DNA of 64,000 bases from Hypanus sabinus (taxonomy: Eukaryota). The notes under the pieces are model-generated. The model worked only from the letters and a program-made list of their open reading frames with translations, made no database searches and was not told where the DNA came from. Of this stretch, positions 13,060-25,689 are shown piece after piece. A program made the translations under genes and the position numbers. The DNA lies in contig NC_082710.1 in the NCBI RefSeq assembly GCF_030144855.1, positions 151,528,001 through 151,592,000 of the forward strand, read 5' to 3'. Numbering within the stretch: the stretch's first letter is position 1; each line of letters opens with the position of its first letter.

Positions 13060-14650
13060 GAAATTAATATTCATTCCATTATGCAGGAGGCTACCCAAAT
13101 GCATATAAGGTGTTGCTTCTCCAAAACCAGTGTGGCCCCATTGCGACAGCATAGGAGATCATGGACTGACAGAAGAGTGTAGAGGAAGTTCACAAGGATG
13201 ATTTCACGAATGAAAGGGTTAATATATGAGGAGCGTTTGGTAGCTTTGTTCCTGTACTCAGAATTTAGAAGAATGTGAAGGGATCTCATCGAAAGCTACA
13301 GAATGTTGAAAAGACTACTTAGGGTGTATGTGGAAAGGATGTTTCCTATGGAGGGGTATCCAGAAATAGAAGGCACAGCATCAAAATCAAAGGGGGGCAA
13401 CCTTTTAGAACAGAGGTAAGGAGGAAGACCTGAACCTCTAATGCAGTAATTTATTGAAATACAGACAACAGCAAAGTAATAGATACAATGACACAGATGG
13501 GTTGAAGACAATGTATTTTAATACAGGAATATTATGGGTAAAGATGATGAACTTAGTGCATAGATTAATCAACAGAATATCATGTTGTGAGCATTACATG
13601 AACTTTCCTGAGAGAGAAAGAGGAATGGATGCTAAATATACCATGATTGTGATGATTTAGAAAGAGAGTTTGGTATCAGTTGGTGGGTGGAGTTAGACCA
13701 TCAGACCACAAGATATGGGGTGGTAAATTGGATTAGTAAATATGCAGATGACACTAAGATAGGTGGCATTGTGGATGATGAAGTAGGTTTTCAAAGCTTG
13801 CTGAGAGATTTAAGCCAGTTGGAAGAGAGGGTTGAAAGATGGCAGATAGAGTTTAATGTTAATAAGTGTGAGGTGCTACATTTTGGTAGGACTAATCAAA
13901 ATAGGACATGCATGGTAAATGGTAGGGCATTGAGGAATGTGGTAGAAGACAGTGATCTAGGAATGATGGTGCATAGTTCCCTGAAGGTGGAATCTCATGT
14001 GGATAGGGTGGTGAAGAAAGCTTTTGGTATGCTGGCCCTTTTAAATCAAAACTAAATTTTAAATCAAAACTATATTGAATATAGGAGATGGGATGTAATC
14101 TTAAACTTGTAGAAGGCATTGGTGAGGCCAAATTTGGAGTATTGTGTACATTTCTGGTCACCAAATTGTAGGAAAGATGTCAACAAAGTAGAGAGAGTAT
14201 AGAGGCGATTTACTAGAATGTTAACTGAGTTTTAGCACCCAAGATACAGAGAAAGGTTGAACAAGTTAGGTCCTTATTCCTTGGAGTGTAGAAGGTGGAA
14301 GGGGTGATTATGAGGGGAATAGAGATGTGGATAGGCTTTTTCCATTGAGAGTAGGGGAGATTCAAACAAGACATGTGTTGAGAGTTAGGGGCAAAAGTTT
14401 AGGGATAACACAAAGGGGTAATTCTTTACTCAGAGTGTAAGCTGTTTGTAACGAGCTTCCAGCAGAAGTGGTAGAGGCAGTTTGATATTGTCATTTAAAA
14501 AAAAAATTGGATAGGTATATGGTCAGGAAAGGAATGGAAGATTATGGGCTGAGTACAGGTCAGTGGGACTAGGTGAGAGTAAGTGCTTGGCATGGTCTAG
14601 AAGGATCGAGATGGCCTATTTCCATGCTGTAATTGTTATATGGTTATATA
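13060..14650 (+). mobile_element. Two or more adjacent CR1/L3 3' fragments
   Basis: ORF 13687..14055 (WISKYADDTKIGG...WQIEFNVNKCEVLHFG); ATGGTTAT tail at ~14640; older fragment at 13060-13440. Confidence 0.88.
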
Positions 14651-14669
14651 CAAGAGCAAACCTAGGTGA

Positions 14670-15420
14670 TTCAACTCAGCAAGCCTGTTCCATCATTTCA
14701 TCATGGCTGAATTATTTGCCCTTTTAACCCCATTCTCCTGTCTTTTCCCTATAATCATTGACACCCTGACTAGTCAAGAACATGCAAAACTTTGCTTTAA
14801 GGATTGGCCTCCACAGCAACAAATGACAATAAATTCCACAGATTCACCACTACCAAGCTAAAGACATTCTTCCTCCTCCTCTCCCTTCAAAATTGATGTC
14901 CCTCTAGTTTGAGGATATGCCCTTTGTTCCTAGACACACCTACCATAGGAAACATCCTCTCTACATCTTGTCTATCTCAGCCATTCAAGATTGGAAAGGT
15001 CTCAATGAGACCCCCTCTCATTCTTCTGAGCTCAGCATGTACAGGCCCAGAGCCATCAAGCATTCTTCATACATTAATGACTTCACTCCCAGAATCATTC
15101 TCATGTAAAACCTTTGGACCCTCTCCAATGCCAGCACATCATTTTTTTGGATGAAGGACACAAAATTGCTCATAATTCTGCAAGTGTAGTCTGACCAATG
15201 CCTTATAAAGCTGCAGCATCACATCCTTTCTCTTTTGTTCCAGACCTCTTGAAATGAATTCTGATATGGTAGTTGCCTTCCTTATCACCAATGCATCCTG
15301 TAAGATAGACTTTAGTAAATCTTGCACAAGGACTCATTTGTACCTCTGAGTTTTGAATTTTCTCCCCATTTAGAAAATTGTCTACACCTTCGAAAAAGCA
15401 CTTGACCATAAACTTCCCTG
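14670..15420 (-). mobile_element. CR1/L3 LINE 3' end
   Basis: ORF 15139..15327 (ISRGLEQKRKDVMLQLYKALVRLHL). Confidence 0.8.
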
Positions 15421-15499
15421 TCAAAGGCCTTCTTAAAATCCACTAACACTCCTTAGTCTACCTTGCCTGTTATTTCTTCAAACTTACTCTACTAATAGA

Positions 15500-16070
15500 G
15501 AAAACGTAACAATTGCACTCAAGGGAATGTCATGGAGGCCTTGTCCAATTAGTCTACACAAGATGAAAAAGCCCATGGTCTGATGGGATATATCTCAAAT
15601 TATTGAGAGAGGCAATAGTTGAGATTGCTGAGGTCTTGACATCATGTTGTCTCTAGCTACAGGTGAGGTCTTAGATCCTAGAGTAGGATTTTTGAGCATT
15701 TGTAACACCATGGCCTAATTAGGGGAAGCTGTACAGCTTTATGTGGGACAAGTCATGTCTAACTTGATTGAGTTTTTTGATTAGATGATGAGGGTGATGG
15801 ATAAAGTTAGAGCTATGGATATTGCCTACATACTGTAGGTTTTAGTCAGGTGCTGGACAAGGTCATGCATGGGAAGGTGCATGGTGCATGCTGAAATTGG
15901 ATTCAGAACTCGCTTGCACATAGAAGAGGGGTTAGTGGCTGAAGGGACTTAATCTAGTTGGAGATTTTTGACGTATATAAATGACCTGGATAAAAATGCA
16001 TCTGTGTGGTTTAGTAACTTTGAAGATGATACCATGATTGATGGATTTATGGATAATGTAAGGATCTGCA
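15500..16070 (+). mobile_element. Highly decayed CR1/L3 RT fragments
   Basis: Recognisable KSPGPDG-like, SCLTNL-like and F(A)DDT-like segments with many indels. Confidence 0.6.
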
Positions 16071-16693
16071 CAATAACATAACTGCCCAAATATATTACTG
16101 TATACCCAAACCAAAAAAACTTACAGAATTAAATTGGTTTGTTGTCATGTACACCAGGGTACAAAAATATTTCTTGTTCACATGAAGCTCACTGAATAAA
16201 CAGAGTACTTGGTAATACTAAATAAACCAACAAATAGGATGAGTGCAGAGCAACAGATTGATGTAAAGACTGTGCTGCAACCTGAAGTAGTGCAAAAAGA
16301 AATGTTAAATTGACAGCAGTTGGGAGAACCCACTTGCACATCCCAAATATTCTCAGACATCTAAGAAAGTCAATGTACACCAATTATTTAGAGCCTTCCC
16401 TCAAATCTTGCTATCCCCATAATGTTCCTCAGAGTCTTACACAACCGGAGGCCCTGGATGAACCGTTAGATCTGTATATCTTTTGACTGCCAAATCAGCG
16501 GCATCCAGGTATAATGTGTGGAAAGCAATCACACAGGCAAAGTGGGAATTCAGATTAAACATGAATCACTGAAGGATACTGTACTATTTTGGAAGGGCTT
16601 GAACGCTATTTCCTCATACAAAGTGAAACCAAGCGATATAGATGATATCAGGGTGTTGCATAAAGTTGAACCCAATGCACTCTATGCTCAGAA

Positions 16694-17570
16694 TGTTACA
16701 AGGTGGGGGCAAGAGTGCTCAAGGAGGACCCAAAAGCAGGACACAATCCCGTTTTTCTAAGGTTAAATAAAATTGAGTTTATTACTCTTTACAAGGCAAA
16801 CTGTGACACATGGATAGAAGAGGGAAATCACAGAGGGCAAAGAAGAAATGTGAATAGGTGTAATGAATGAGGGTTCAGGCCCAGGACTAAGCTGGGACTC
16901 AGGATCTGGGGATCCAGGACTTGGTGATAGGAGATCAGAGCCAGGACTCAGAACCCAGACCTTGGACTTGGAGACCGGGAATGCCACCGCCAGGACTGGG
17001 ACTCTGGGAATTTGCATCACCACCGCCAGCACTTGGTACTTTGGACTAGGAACACCAGGGCCAGGACTTGATACTCAAACACAGGACATGAAACACTGAG
17101 CCAGGACTCCACTTTCAGACACCAGGCATGGAGCCAGCACCCTTTTTCTTCAAGGGGCAGACTCAGGACATGAAACACTGAGCCAGGACTCCACCTTTAG
17201 ACATCAGGCATGGAGCCAGAACTCTTTAACACAGGGTCAGGACCCTTCTAGGGTACAGGGCCGGGACCCCTCTTAAGATTGGACATGGATATGTAGACCA
17301 GACAACGACAGTCCATTCGAGTAGTGGCAAATGGCCTGCCTACCAAACTGGATACAAGGAGTCTTGGCTTGTTCCGGCTAGATGACCTTGGCTTGCGGCA
17401 GTTATGGTGACATTGCTAATACTTCATAACACTTTTGCGCCAAACACCTGATGCCAGGGGCTTATAAACTGCCAGTTCGGTTGAGAGTAGATTGCCTTAA
17501 TCACCAAGCTCGAGGGACACGGGAAACAGAATTAAAGGGGAACAAGGAGTCAACGGTCCGGAACATAACA
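16694..17570 (-). mobile_element. LTR (solo or orphan) with internal tandem repeats
   Basis: Minus-strand termini TGTTATG...TGTAACA; AATAAA near the 3' end; CCAGGACT-rich array; 56-bp direct repeat at 17082-17137 and 17164-17219. No clean TSD. Confidence 0.7.
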
Positions 17571-17789
17571 CAACCTAGGAAAACTTAAAGGGGACCTGAT
17601 CCAGACGATGAAACAGAATGACTATTAAACAGGAAGGAACTTCCATAAACACCTATGGTCACTAAGGACATTGTAATTCCAGTCTCTGAGACTGGTGAGA
17701 GAGCATCATACAGGAAGGTGAAAGCATGGAAAGCATACCATGTTGAAGTGCTTTCAGTGGATGGTGACGAAACAGATCATCTCCTGCCT

Positions 17790-19410
17790 GAGAAGTAACT
17801 TAGAGCCATTCCAATTAAAGTAGATGTCATTTCATTGCCTCTTCACGCAACCCTGAAACATCTGGACAGCAAAGGTGAATACAATGGGCTCCTCCTAATC
17901 AACTACAGTTCAGTATTCAATAATATTGTCTCCTCAAAACTAATCAATAGCCTTGTAGACCTTGTTGCCAATGCCAAAATGCCTTGTTGTCAATGTCCTG
18001 CCTAAATGATTACCCTCCTGTTGCACTTACATCCATCATCATGAAGTGTTTCGACAGGTTCGTCATGGGGCATATCAAGACCCTGCTGCCCCCTTCACTG
18101 GACCCCCTGCAGTTTGTGAACCATCCCAACCGTTCAACAGATGACACCATTGCCACCACCCTCCACCTGGCCCTAATCCACCTGGACAAAAAAGACACAT
18201 ACATTCAGATGCTGTTCATAGACTTCAGTTCAGCATTCAACACAATCATACCTCAAAAACTGATTGGAAAGCTAAGCCCACTGGGCCTGAACACCCCCCT
18301 CTGCAACTGGATACTAGACTTACTGACTGGGAGACCTCAGTCAGTCCAGATTGGAGGCAGCATCTCCAACACCATCACACTGAGCATGGGGGACTCACAG
18401 GGCTGTGTGCTCAGCCCACTACTGTTTAGTCTGCTGACCCACAACTGTGCCGCAACACACAGCTCGAACCACATCATCAAGTTCGCCGATGACATGACCG
18501 TGGTGGGTCCATCAGCAAGAATGACGAGTCAGCTTACAGAGAGGAGGTGCAGCAGCCAATGGACTGGTGCAGAGCCAACAACCTGTCTCTTATTGTGAAC
18601 AAAGCAAAAGAGATGGTCATTGACTTCAGGAGGGCATGGAGCGACCACCCCCCATTGAACATCGATGGCTCCTCGGTAGAGATCGGTAAGAGCACCAAAT
18701 TTCTAGGTGTTCACCTGATGGAGAGTCTCACCTGGTCCCTCAACACCAGCTCCATAGCAAGGAAAGCCCAGCAACGTTTCTACTTTCTGCAAAGGCTGAG
18801 GAAAGTCCATCTCCCACCCACCCCACCCCATCCTCATCACATTCTACAGGGGTTGTATTGAGAACATCCTGAGCAGCTGCAACACTGCCTAGTTCGGAAA
18901 TTGCACCATCTCGGATCGCAAGACCCTGTAGCGGATTGTGAGATCAGCTGAGAAGATCATCGGGGTCTCTCTTCCTGCCATCACAGACTTTTACACTACC
19001 CACTGCATCCGCAAAGGAAACAGCATTATGAAGGACCCCATGCAATCTGTTCTCCCTCCTGCCATCTGGGAAAAGGCTTCAAAGCATTTGGGCTTTCACG
19101 ACCAGACCATGTAACAATTTCTTCCCCCAAGCTCAGTACCCAGGGCCTGGAATGACACCTTGCCCTACTGCCCTGTTTATTATTTATTGTAATGCCTGCA
19201 CTGTTTTTGTGCACTTTGCGCAGTCCTGTGTAGGTCTGTAGTCTAGTGTAGCTTTCTCTGCATTGATTTTTTATGTAGTTCAGTCTAGTTTTTGTACTGT
19301 GTCATGTAACACCATGGTTCTGAAAAACGTTGTCTCATTTTTACTATGTACTGTACCAGCAGTTATGGTCGAAATGACAATAAAAGTGACTTGACTTGAC
19401 TTGACTTGAC
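17790..19410 (+). mobile_element. Rex1/Babar-type LINE, RT to 3' tail
   Basis: ORF 17984..18598 ([20 protein letters not shown]...[12 protein letters not shown]...[12 protein letters not shown]...KFADD), ORF 18547..18861 (KAQQRFYFLQRL), and AATAAA followed by a (GACTT)n tail at ~19379-19410. Confidence 0.92.
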
Positions 19411-19549
19411 TCCTTGTGGAACTGGAAACTCGTTTTCTTCACTTGCAGACCTCAGTTTTTACAGATTGGCAAAACATCTCCTCCACATCTGCATCACCAC
19501 GGTCTGTGTGCTTAGCTCCCTCATAAGCTCACATTATACTTATGAATGT

Positions 19550-20240
19550 TAGGCTAAGTACATCTCCAATACCATATTTAAGTTTGTTGATGACACCACT
19601 GCCTTTGGTTGAACCAAAGGTGTTGATGAATCATCATATACAAAGGAGACTGACAATCTAGTAGACTCTCACTCAATGTCAGCAAGACAAGGAGATGATT
19701 ATTGATTTCAAGCAGATGAACCCAGGTGTCCAGAAACCAGTCCTCATTGGGGGGGGGGGGAATCAGAGATGGAGAAGGTCAGCAACTTTAAATTCCTCGG
19801 TGTTATCATTTCAGAGAGTTTGTCTTGGGCTCCGCACATAAGTGCAATTATGAACAAAGCACACAGCTCTTCTACTTCTTTAGAAGTTTTCAATGATATG
19901 GCATGATATCCAAAAGTTTGAATGACTTCTGAAGATATATGGTGGAGAGCATATTTGCTGGTTCATCAAGGCCTGGTATGGAAACACCACTGCACCTGTA
20001 AGGAAAATTCTGCAAAAAGTATTGGATATGGCCCAGTCTATCACAGATAAAGCTTTTCCCAGCACTGTGCACATCTACACAGAGCGCTGTTGCAGGTAAA
20101 CAGCATCAATCATCAAAGACCCACACCACCTAAGCCATGCTCTCTACTCATTGCTACCATTAGGAAGACGGTATAGGAGCCTGAAGATCCACACAGCTAG
20201 GTTTGGGATTAATGATTTCCTTTCAACCATCAGGTTCTTG
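19550..20240 (+). mobile_element. Rex1/Babar-type LINE fragment
   Basis: KF.DDT, LNVSKT.EMIIDF and FKFLGV segments recognisable. Confidence 0.75.
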
Positions 20241-20249
20241 AAAAATCAT

Positions 20250-20770
20250 AATCAGAATCAGGTTTATTATCACTGATAAGTGAGGTCAATTTTGTTAACA
20301 ACAGCAGCAGTCCAATGCAAAACATATTCTAGCAAAAAGAGAAAATAACAATAATTAATAAAATAAAACATAACAATAAATAAACAAGTAAATCAATTAC
20401 GTACATTTAATAGATTATTAAAAATGTGCACATACAGGAATAATGTATATTTAAAAAGTGAGGTAGTGTCCAAAGCTTCTAAGACCATTCAGGAATCAGA
20501 TGGCCAAGGGGAAGAAGCTGTTCCTGAATCACTGAGTCTGTGCCTTCAGGCTTCTGTATCTCCTCCCTGAAGGTAACAGTAAGAAAAGGGCACACCCTGG
20601 TTGCTGGAGATCTTTAATACTGAATGCTGTCATTCTGAGACACCGCTCCCTAAAAATGTCGTGGATACTTTGTAGGCCCGTGATCAAGATGGAGCTGACT
20701 AGATTTCTGACTAGATGCTGCTTCTTTCTGTCCTCTGCAGTAGCCCCTCCATACCAGACAGTGATGCAGC
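20250..20770 (-). mobile_element. Rex1/Babar-type LINE 3' end
   Basis: Reverse complement of a Rex1 3' region (gggaagaagctgttcctgaatc...), tail (atcaga)n near 20250. Confidence 0.65.
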
Positions 20771-21279
20771 CTCAGTGATGGGGATAACATTACTCACTTC
20801 ATTACTAAATTGTTCCCTGCACTTTTGGACTCAATTTTAAGGAATCTCCATATCATTTGATCGACGTTTATTGCTTATTTATTTATTATTGTACTTTCTG
20901 TTTTTTATTTTTATGGTTCATTATCTTTTGTACAGTGATTGCTTGACTATTTGTGTATGGTCTTTCATTGACTCTATTCTATTTCTTGGATTTGCTGAGG
21001 ATGCATACAAGAAAACAACTCCAGTTTGTATATTGTGACATATATGCAATTTGATAATAGCTTCCCTTTGAACTTCGAACGTTAATTCTGTGCCTCGACT
21101 AACCACATCCTTCACCCTCCTTACTTCTGTTCTTCTGATCATTTGTTCCATTTCTCTTCATCACTTCACCCTCTTCCTCATTAGTTTCTTTAATTCATCA
21201 GCTCCCTCTTCTTCCTACTGCAGTCCATTGCTACGGCTCCCTTGGTCATCAAATTCACCCCTCCAATCCTTCGAACATT

Positions 21280-21830
21280 TGCTATTCTTGAGGATGATGG
21301 CAATCTTTACAAACTCAGGTTGAGGAACCTGATGTGGTGTTTTTTGCCTATCTTCCGGTGTTGCCTTGCAAATGTTCCATCACCAGTAGAGGTGACCCCC
21401 TCAGTGCGCAGTTGTTGGTGTTTCTCTCGGGAAGTGCTCACTTTTATTTAGAACACCCCCCACCCCATCTCCCACACCAACATTCACTTGTCTCAGTCTT
21501 GATGGTTGGTAACCCCTTTGGATGACTTTTGAATTCTATCAGCTTGCACTTCATTTGCACTTAGGCATTCTTCAATGGGATCTATTTCTATGTGGTTATC
21601 TACCGAGTTATCTGAAGAGAACCATACTTCTAAAAAAAAACTCATGCATTTTTATTGTTCGCCAGTGCCAGGACCTCCGCAGTTTCCCAATTAAATTCAG
21701 GTCCTTCTCACTCATCATGTCCCCTGATCAGCAACAGTGGATGATGTATCTGTACTGCCAGCCTGCTGTTCTATCTATCCCTTGCTTAGATACTGGGCTA
21801 AATCCCAGTTCCTTTCCCAAGCGACTAGGG
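21280..21830 (-). mobile_element. Penelope-like element 3' end (endonuclease C-terminus and tail)
   Basis: Minus-strand translation EFNWETAEVLALANNKNA*EF/LEVWFSSDNSVDNHIEIDPI resembles a PLE C-terminus; decayed hammerhead-like motif at 21367-21407. Confidence 0.7.
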
Positions 21831-22791
21831 GAATCTTTGTTCCACTGTTCGCAATACTCTGTCTCCAAAACTGAGCCCCATACTCTGCACAATTAACGGA
21901 GTCATCCTTACGAGTAAATGGAGAAATAGTCAGAGCTCATTCACCCAAACTCCCTATGGTGATATTTCTCTTTCTATCTGCCGGTATGTTTGGTAACATC
22001 TCATAGAACATAGAATGCATAACAATAGAATAGACCACAGGTTCCTGACGCACAGTGTGGGATCAGACTTATTAAACTAGTAACTGTATGTATGCAACAA
22101 TGGGAACATTCCGGTACACTGATTCGACAGGCAAACTACACCAAGTGAGGGTAACCAGGAAACTACAACCCAGGTGATATAGGAATATGCCTACCCCAGC
22201 ATGCCAAGCCAGTCCTGGTGGACAGGTTGGATGAGATCTGGTAAAGAACCAACCTTCAATAATGCTGTGCTGCAATGCTTCGTGGAGAGTGAGGGGCATG
22301 GGAAGGCACAGAAGGAGTCAAGGCCATCCAGTGCATTCGAGGAAGTTGCCAGTCGTGACGATTTTGCATACCAGTGGACCTATACTTTTGAGGCCGAGAG
22401 AGAGAGGAACAGCCTTAGTGCAACGGCTTTTTCACTGTAAAACTCCACCCTCATAGGGCACGTCATGATCGGTAACAGCAGATAACCAACACAGTAATTA
22501 ATTGCCTACAGAAACGAACCCCTGGTGCTTATGCTATGCCCATATCCACAATTGCTGTTAAATGTAAATTACTTAGATGAAATGATGGTGTTTGCAGTGG
22601 TGATGGGGTGGTAGGGGTTGAAGTGGGGATACCAAGAACATGGAATGTGGGAAATTGCGGATTTGTATACGGTAGGATAAAGGGATAGTTTTTATGATCC
22701 ATTATACCTCCTTTCACTTTGAACATCCAAGTATACAAGCTATTTGAATAACTTCTATTCTTTTTAACAGCAGTTTTTGAAGTCATTCAGT

Positions 22792-23696
22792 CTACATGAG
22801 TGCATTGGTAATAAGAAGGAAGGGAGCCTTAATGATATTCTTTAATTCCTCTCTAAATTTCCTGTGCGACACTGCATAAATAAAAGTATTGGTACAACAA
22901 CTCAAGCTCCTCAGCATATATCCTGTTTGTTCCACTATGGTGAATGTGTCGCTGTAACTTGCCTCCAAAAACTGGGTGTCAGTAAACTGTACATATATAT
23001 AACATGTGGAAATTACTATCCAGAAAAGAATAAACGTAGCAGAAACAGCGAGAAGCAAAATTATAGATTTCCTTTGGTTCTTTATCTCCGGATCAGTGTC
23101 CTTCGCTGACTGCTTACTTCCCCGAAGTCCTTTCTTCACTCTATTTGCAAGGACAATGTGTCTGATCGTTAAAGAGTTCAGCAGCAAGATAAACACAAAA
23201 GGGATAGTTGTTGTCAAGACGGTTTCCAACCACAAATATGCCACCCAGATGGGTGATGTGTAAAAACTTGGTTTTACGTAGCAGGACCACTGTATGTTGT
23301 CAATTATTTCCCGTGGTTCATAAATAAAATAGAATGGAACATTTTCTAAAATGCTCAAGGAACACACCACTGCTATCACAATAGTTGCGGTCCTTTCAGT
23401 GCAATACGTCAATCTCAGCGACTGATAACAGATAGCCGCAAAGCGATCGAAGGCAAAAGCCACAGTCAGCCACACAGAGCAGTCGATGGCGATAAAATGC
23501 ACAGCCAGATTCCATCTGCAAAACTGTGTATGATTAAAAATGGAAAATGGAAAGTAACCATCTACAATCTCGTAGAGAATTACTTCAGTTATCAACAACA
23601 ATAGGTCGGCCACGGCAATTCCCACCAGGTAACGAGTGATGCATTTCGAGAGACCACAGTTTCCACGAGTGAAAATGATAATTGCCAGCAAGTTAG
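22792..23696 (-). CDS. Gene A exon 2 (905 nt): class A 7TM GPCR, GPR139/GPR142-like; full CDS join(24225..24294,22792..23696), 324 aa
   Basis: Uninterrupted ORF with TM2 IAVAD, TM3 AFDRFAAIC, ECL2 WSCY, TM5 TIPF, TM6 FILFW, TM7 SCCTNTFIY and helix 8 KFREELK. Acceptor ttttgcag|CTAAC at 23697; phase 1 matches exon 1; stop TAG at 22792-22794. Confidence 0.95.
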
Positions 23697-24224
23697 CTGC
23701 AAAAGGATTAAAGCAATTTAATTATATTTTTGTTTGTTTAAACTTGATCTGATTTTCTTACACCATTACACTTCATCCCTCTCGCGATCCAGACGATGTT
23801 CAGGAGCAAGGGAAACTAAGTATCCTTGCGTTAAGCTGAAAATCCATTTTGATTTATTTTAAAACTAATGGCTTGCCTTTACTTACCAAATTTCTACTGG
23901 ATCGTGACTTACCTTTTCCGATGGGCGGTGGCAGATTTACCACATGAAAGCGAATCAGGCAGTTACTGGCACCTCACACCACACTGACAATCTACCATCA
24001 ATGAGGTATATGATGTCAGGTCTATCTTAGTGTTAAACATATGCTATACAGAATGATTAGCAGCTTGATTTATGGAGAACTTCGTAAGTTAATCTTATTA
24101 AAAATGTCTTATCTCAGAAGATATGTTTTCTATTTGATGCGGTAAATTGCCATCTACGAATGTAACGGACATATTCATGAAACAAGTACATCAAAACGAC
24201 ACAGTCTTAATTTTAGCTGCTTAC

Positions 24225-24294
24225 CTGGAACACCAATCAGCGCAAGAAGAGGGTAATAAATGTTTTCTATCTGTATGATTACCGGTCCTCCCAT
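24225..24294 (-). CDS. Gene A exon 1 (70 nt): MGGPVIIQIENIYYPLLALIGVP(G|CT)
   Basis: ATG at 24294-24292; donor CCAG|gtaagc at 24224; joins in frame to give TM1 GVPAN; same length and phase as gene B exon 1. Intron 23697..24224 (528 nt). Too short for the ORF track. Confidence 0.9.
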
Positions 24295-24350
24295 GTTCAC
24301 GTTACTTAATTGCCGTCGGGATGCAATGCCGCTGCTTCAAGCTAACATAA

Positions 24351-24452
24351 TTTATACCTAAAAAGTCTTCGTTAATGCAATCATGTAATGTAATCATTGT
24401 CTTTATTTACCCTTGTCTGGAAATAGATTAAATATAGATTATTGCTAATCTT
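24351..24452 (-). promoter_or_regulatory. Putative core promoter of gene A: TATA box and conserved upstream motif
   Basis: Minus-strand TATAAA at 24351-24356; 30-bp block 24423-24452 is 28/30 identical to 47504-47533 upstream of gene B. Confidence 0.6.
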
Positions 24453-24559
24453 CCAAAGTCTGGTGCTTTCTGCAGACAGTAGTGACATATTTATTGTTAT
24501 TTTCCATAGCCTACCCGATTATTCAAAGGGAGGCGAGGGAGGCTACAGTTCCCAGGATG

Positions 24560-25320
24560 GAACTAGTTGAGTTTACAACTTCCTACAGCTTTATTTTTCA
24601 ATCTACGAAGTGGCGCTTCCATACCAGACGGCGATACAAGTTAAAAAGTTCTCCATAGTATATCTGTAGAAATTTGCGTTTGTCTTTGGTGATGTACCAA
24701 TTCTCCTAGTGAAAAAAAAATCGCTGCTGTACGTTATTTGAAATTGCATCAATATGTTGGACTTAGAAATGAGCCTCAGAGATGTTGACACTCAAGAACG
24801 CAATGTGGCCTGATGTGTCCACTCTCACCTTTCCTTTCCTTAAGCGCGTGATCAATTCCTTGGTCTTACTGACATTGAGTACAAGGTTGTCGATGCGACA
24901 CTACTCAACCAGTTATCCTGTACGCCGCCTCCTCACCATTTAAAATTCTGGATTGTTCTCTCGTCAGTACGTTTATCGATGGCGTTTCAGCAGCGCCTAG
25001 CCACACAGTCGTGGCCGTGGAGAGAGGAGAGCGGTTATCTAAGCACACATCCTTGAGGTGCGCCAGTGTTAATTGTGCGCCAGCGAGTACGAAACACTTG
25101 TTCCGATTCGCACAGACATTGGTCTCCCAATGAGGAAGTCAAAGATGCAGTTGCAGAGGGAGGTACAGCGGCCCAGTATTTGGAGAGTGTAGGTTCGAAA
25201 TGAGGATAAAATTACTTTGACCGCTGAGCTGTATTCAATAAAAAACAGCTTGGCATGAACATTACTGTTGTCCAGGTGATCCAAGGCTGACTGGAAAGCC
25301 AACAAATTGCATCTCCTACA
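24560..25320 (-). mobile_element. Rex1/Babar-type LINE RT fragment
   Basis: ORF 25069..25305 (ALDHLDNSNVHAKLFFIEYSSA...LCNCIFDFLIGRPMSVRIG). Confidence 0.8.
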
Positions 25321-25689
25321 AGCATTCCCAGCATCTGCAGAATCTCTTTTGAATTCAATCAGCCACTTTCGTTATCATCGCCCTCCTCCCCATTACTCCG
25401 ACACTACAAGGTTCCGTAGATACTTTAACGCAGTTATTAGAACGTTGTTTACATCGTAAATACGTTCTGGTATGTATGTATATATGCTCATTTTATTCAC
25501 ATAAGATTTAAATTCTTTACGTTTAAATACTATAATCCTTTATAATGGTGTAATGTTGTATTTTTTGTTGGCTACATGTCAGGCCACTACAAACACAGCA
25601 CAGTAAATTCCTAATACATATAAATATTAAGGTAAGTTGATTCTTTATACATGTTCCTTCAAGGTGATCCTTAGGAATAACGTGACATC

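Noticed and set aside
22864-23263. Plus-strand ORFs overlapping gene A (and 44615..45082 over gene B)
   Set aside because: Antisense shadows of the GPCR exons; their similarity to each other follows from the sense-strand paralogy.
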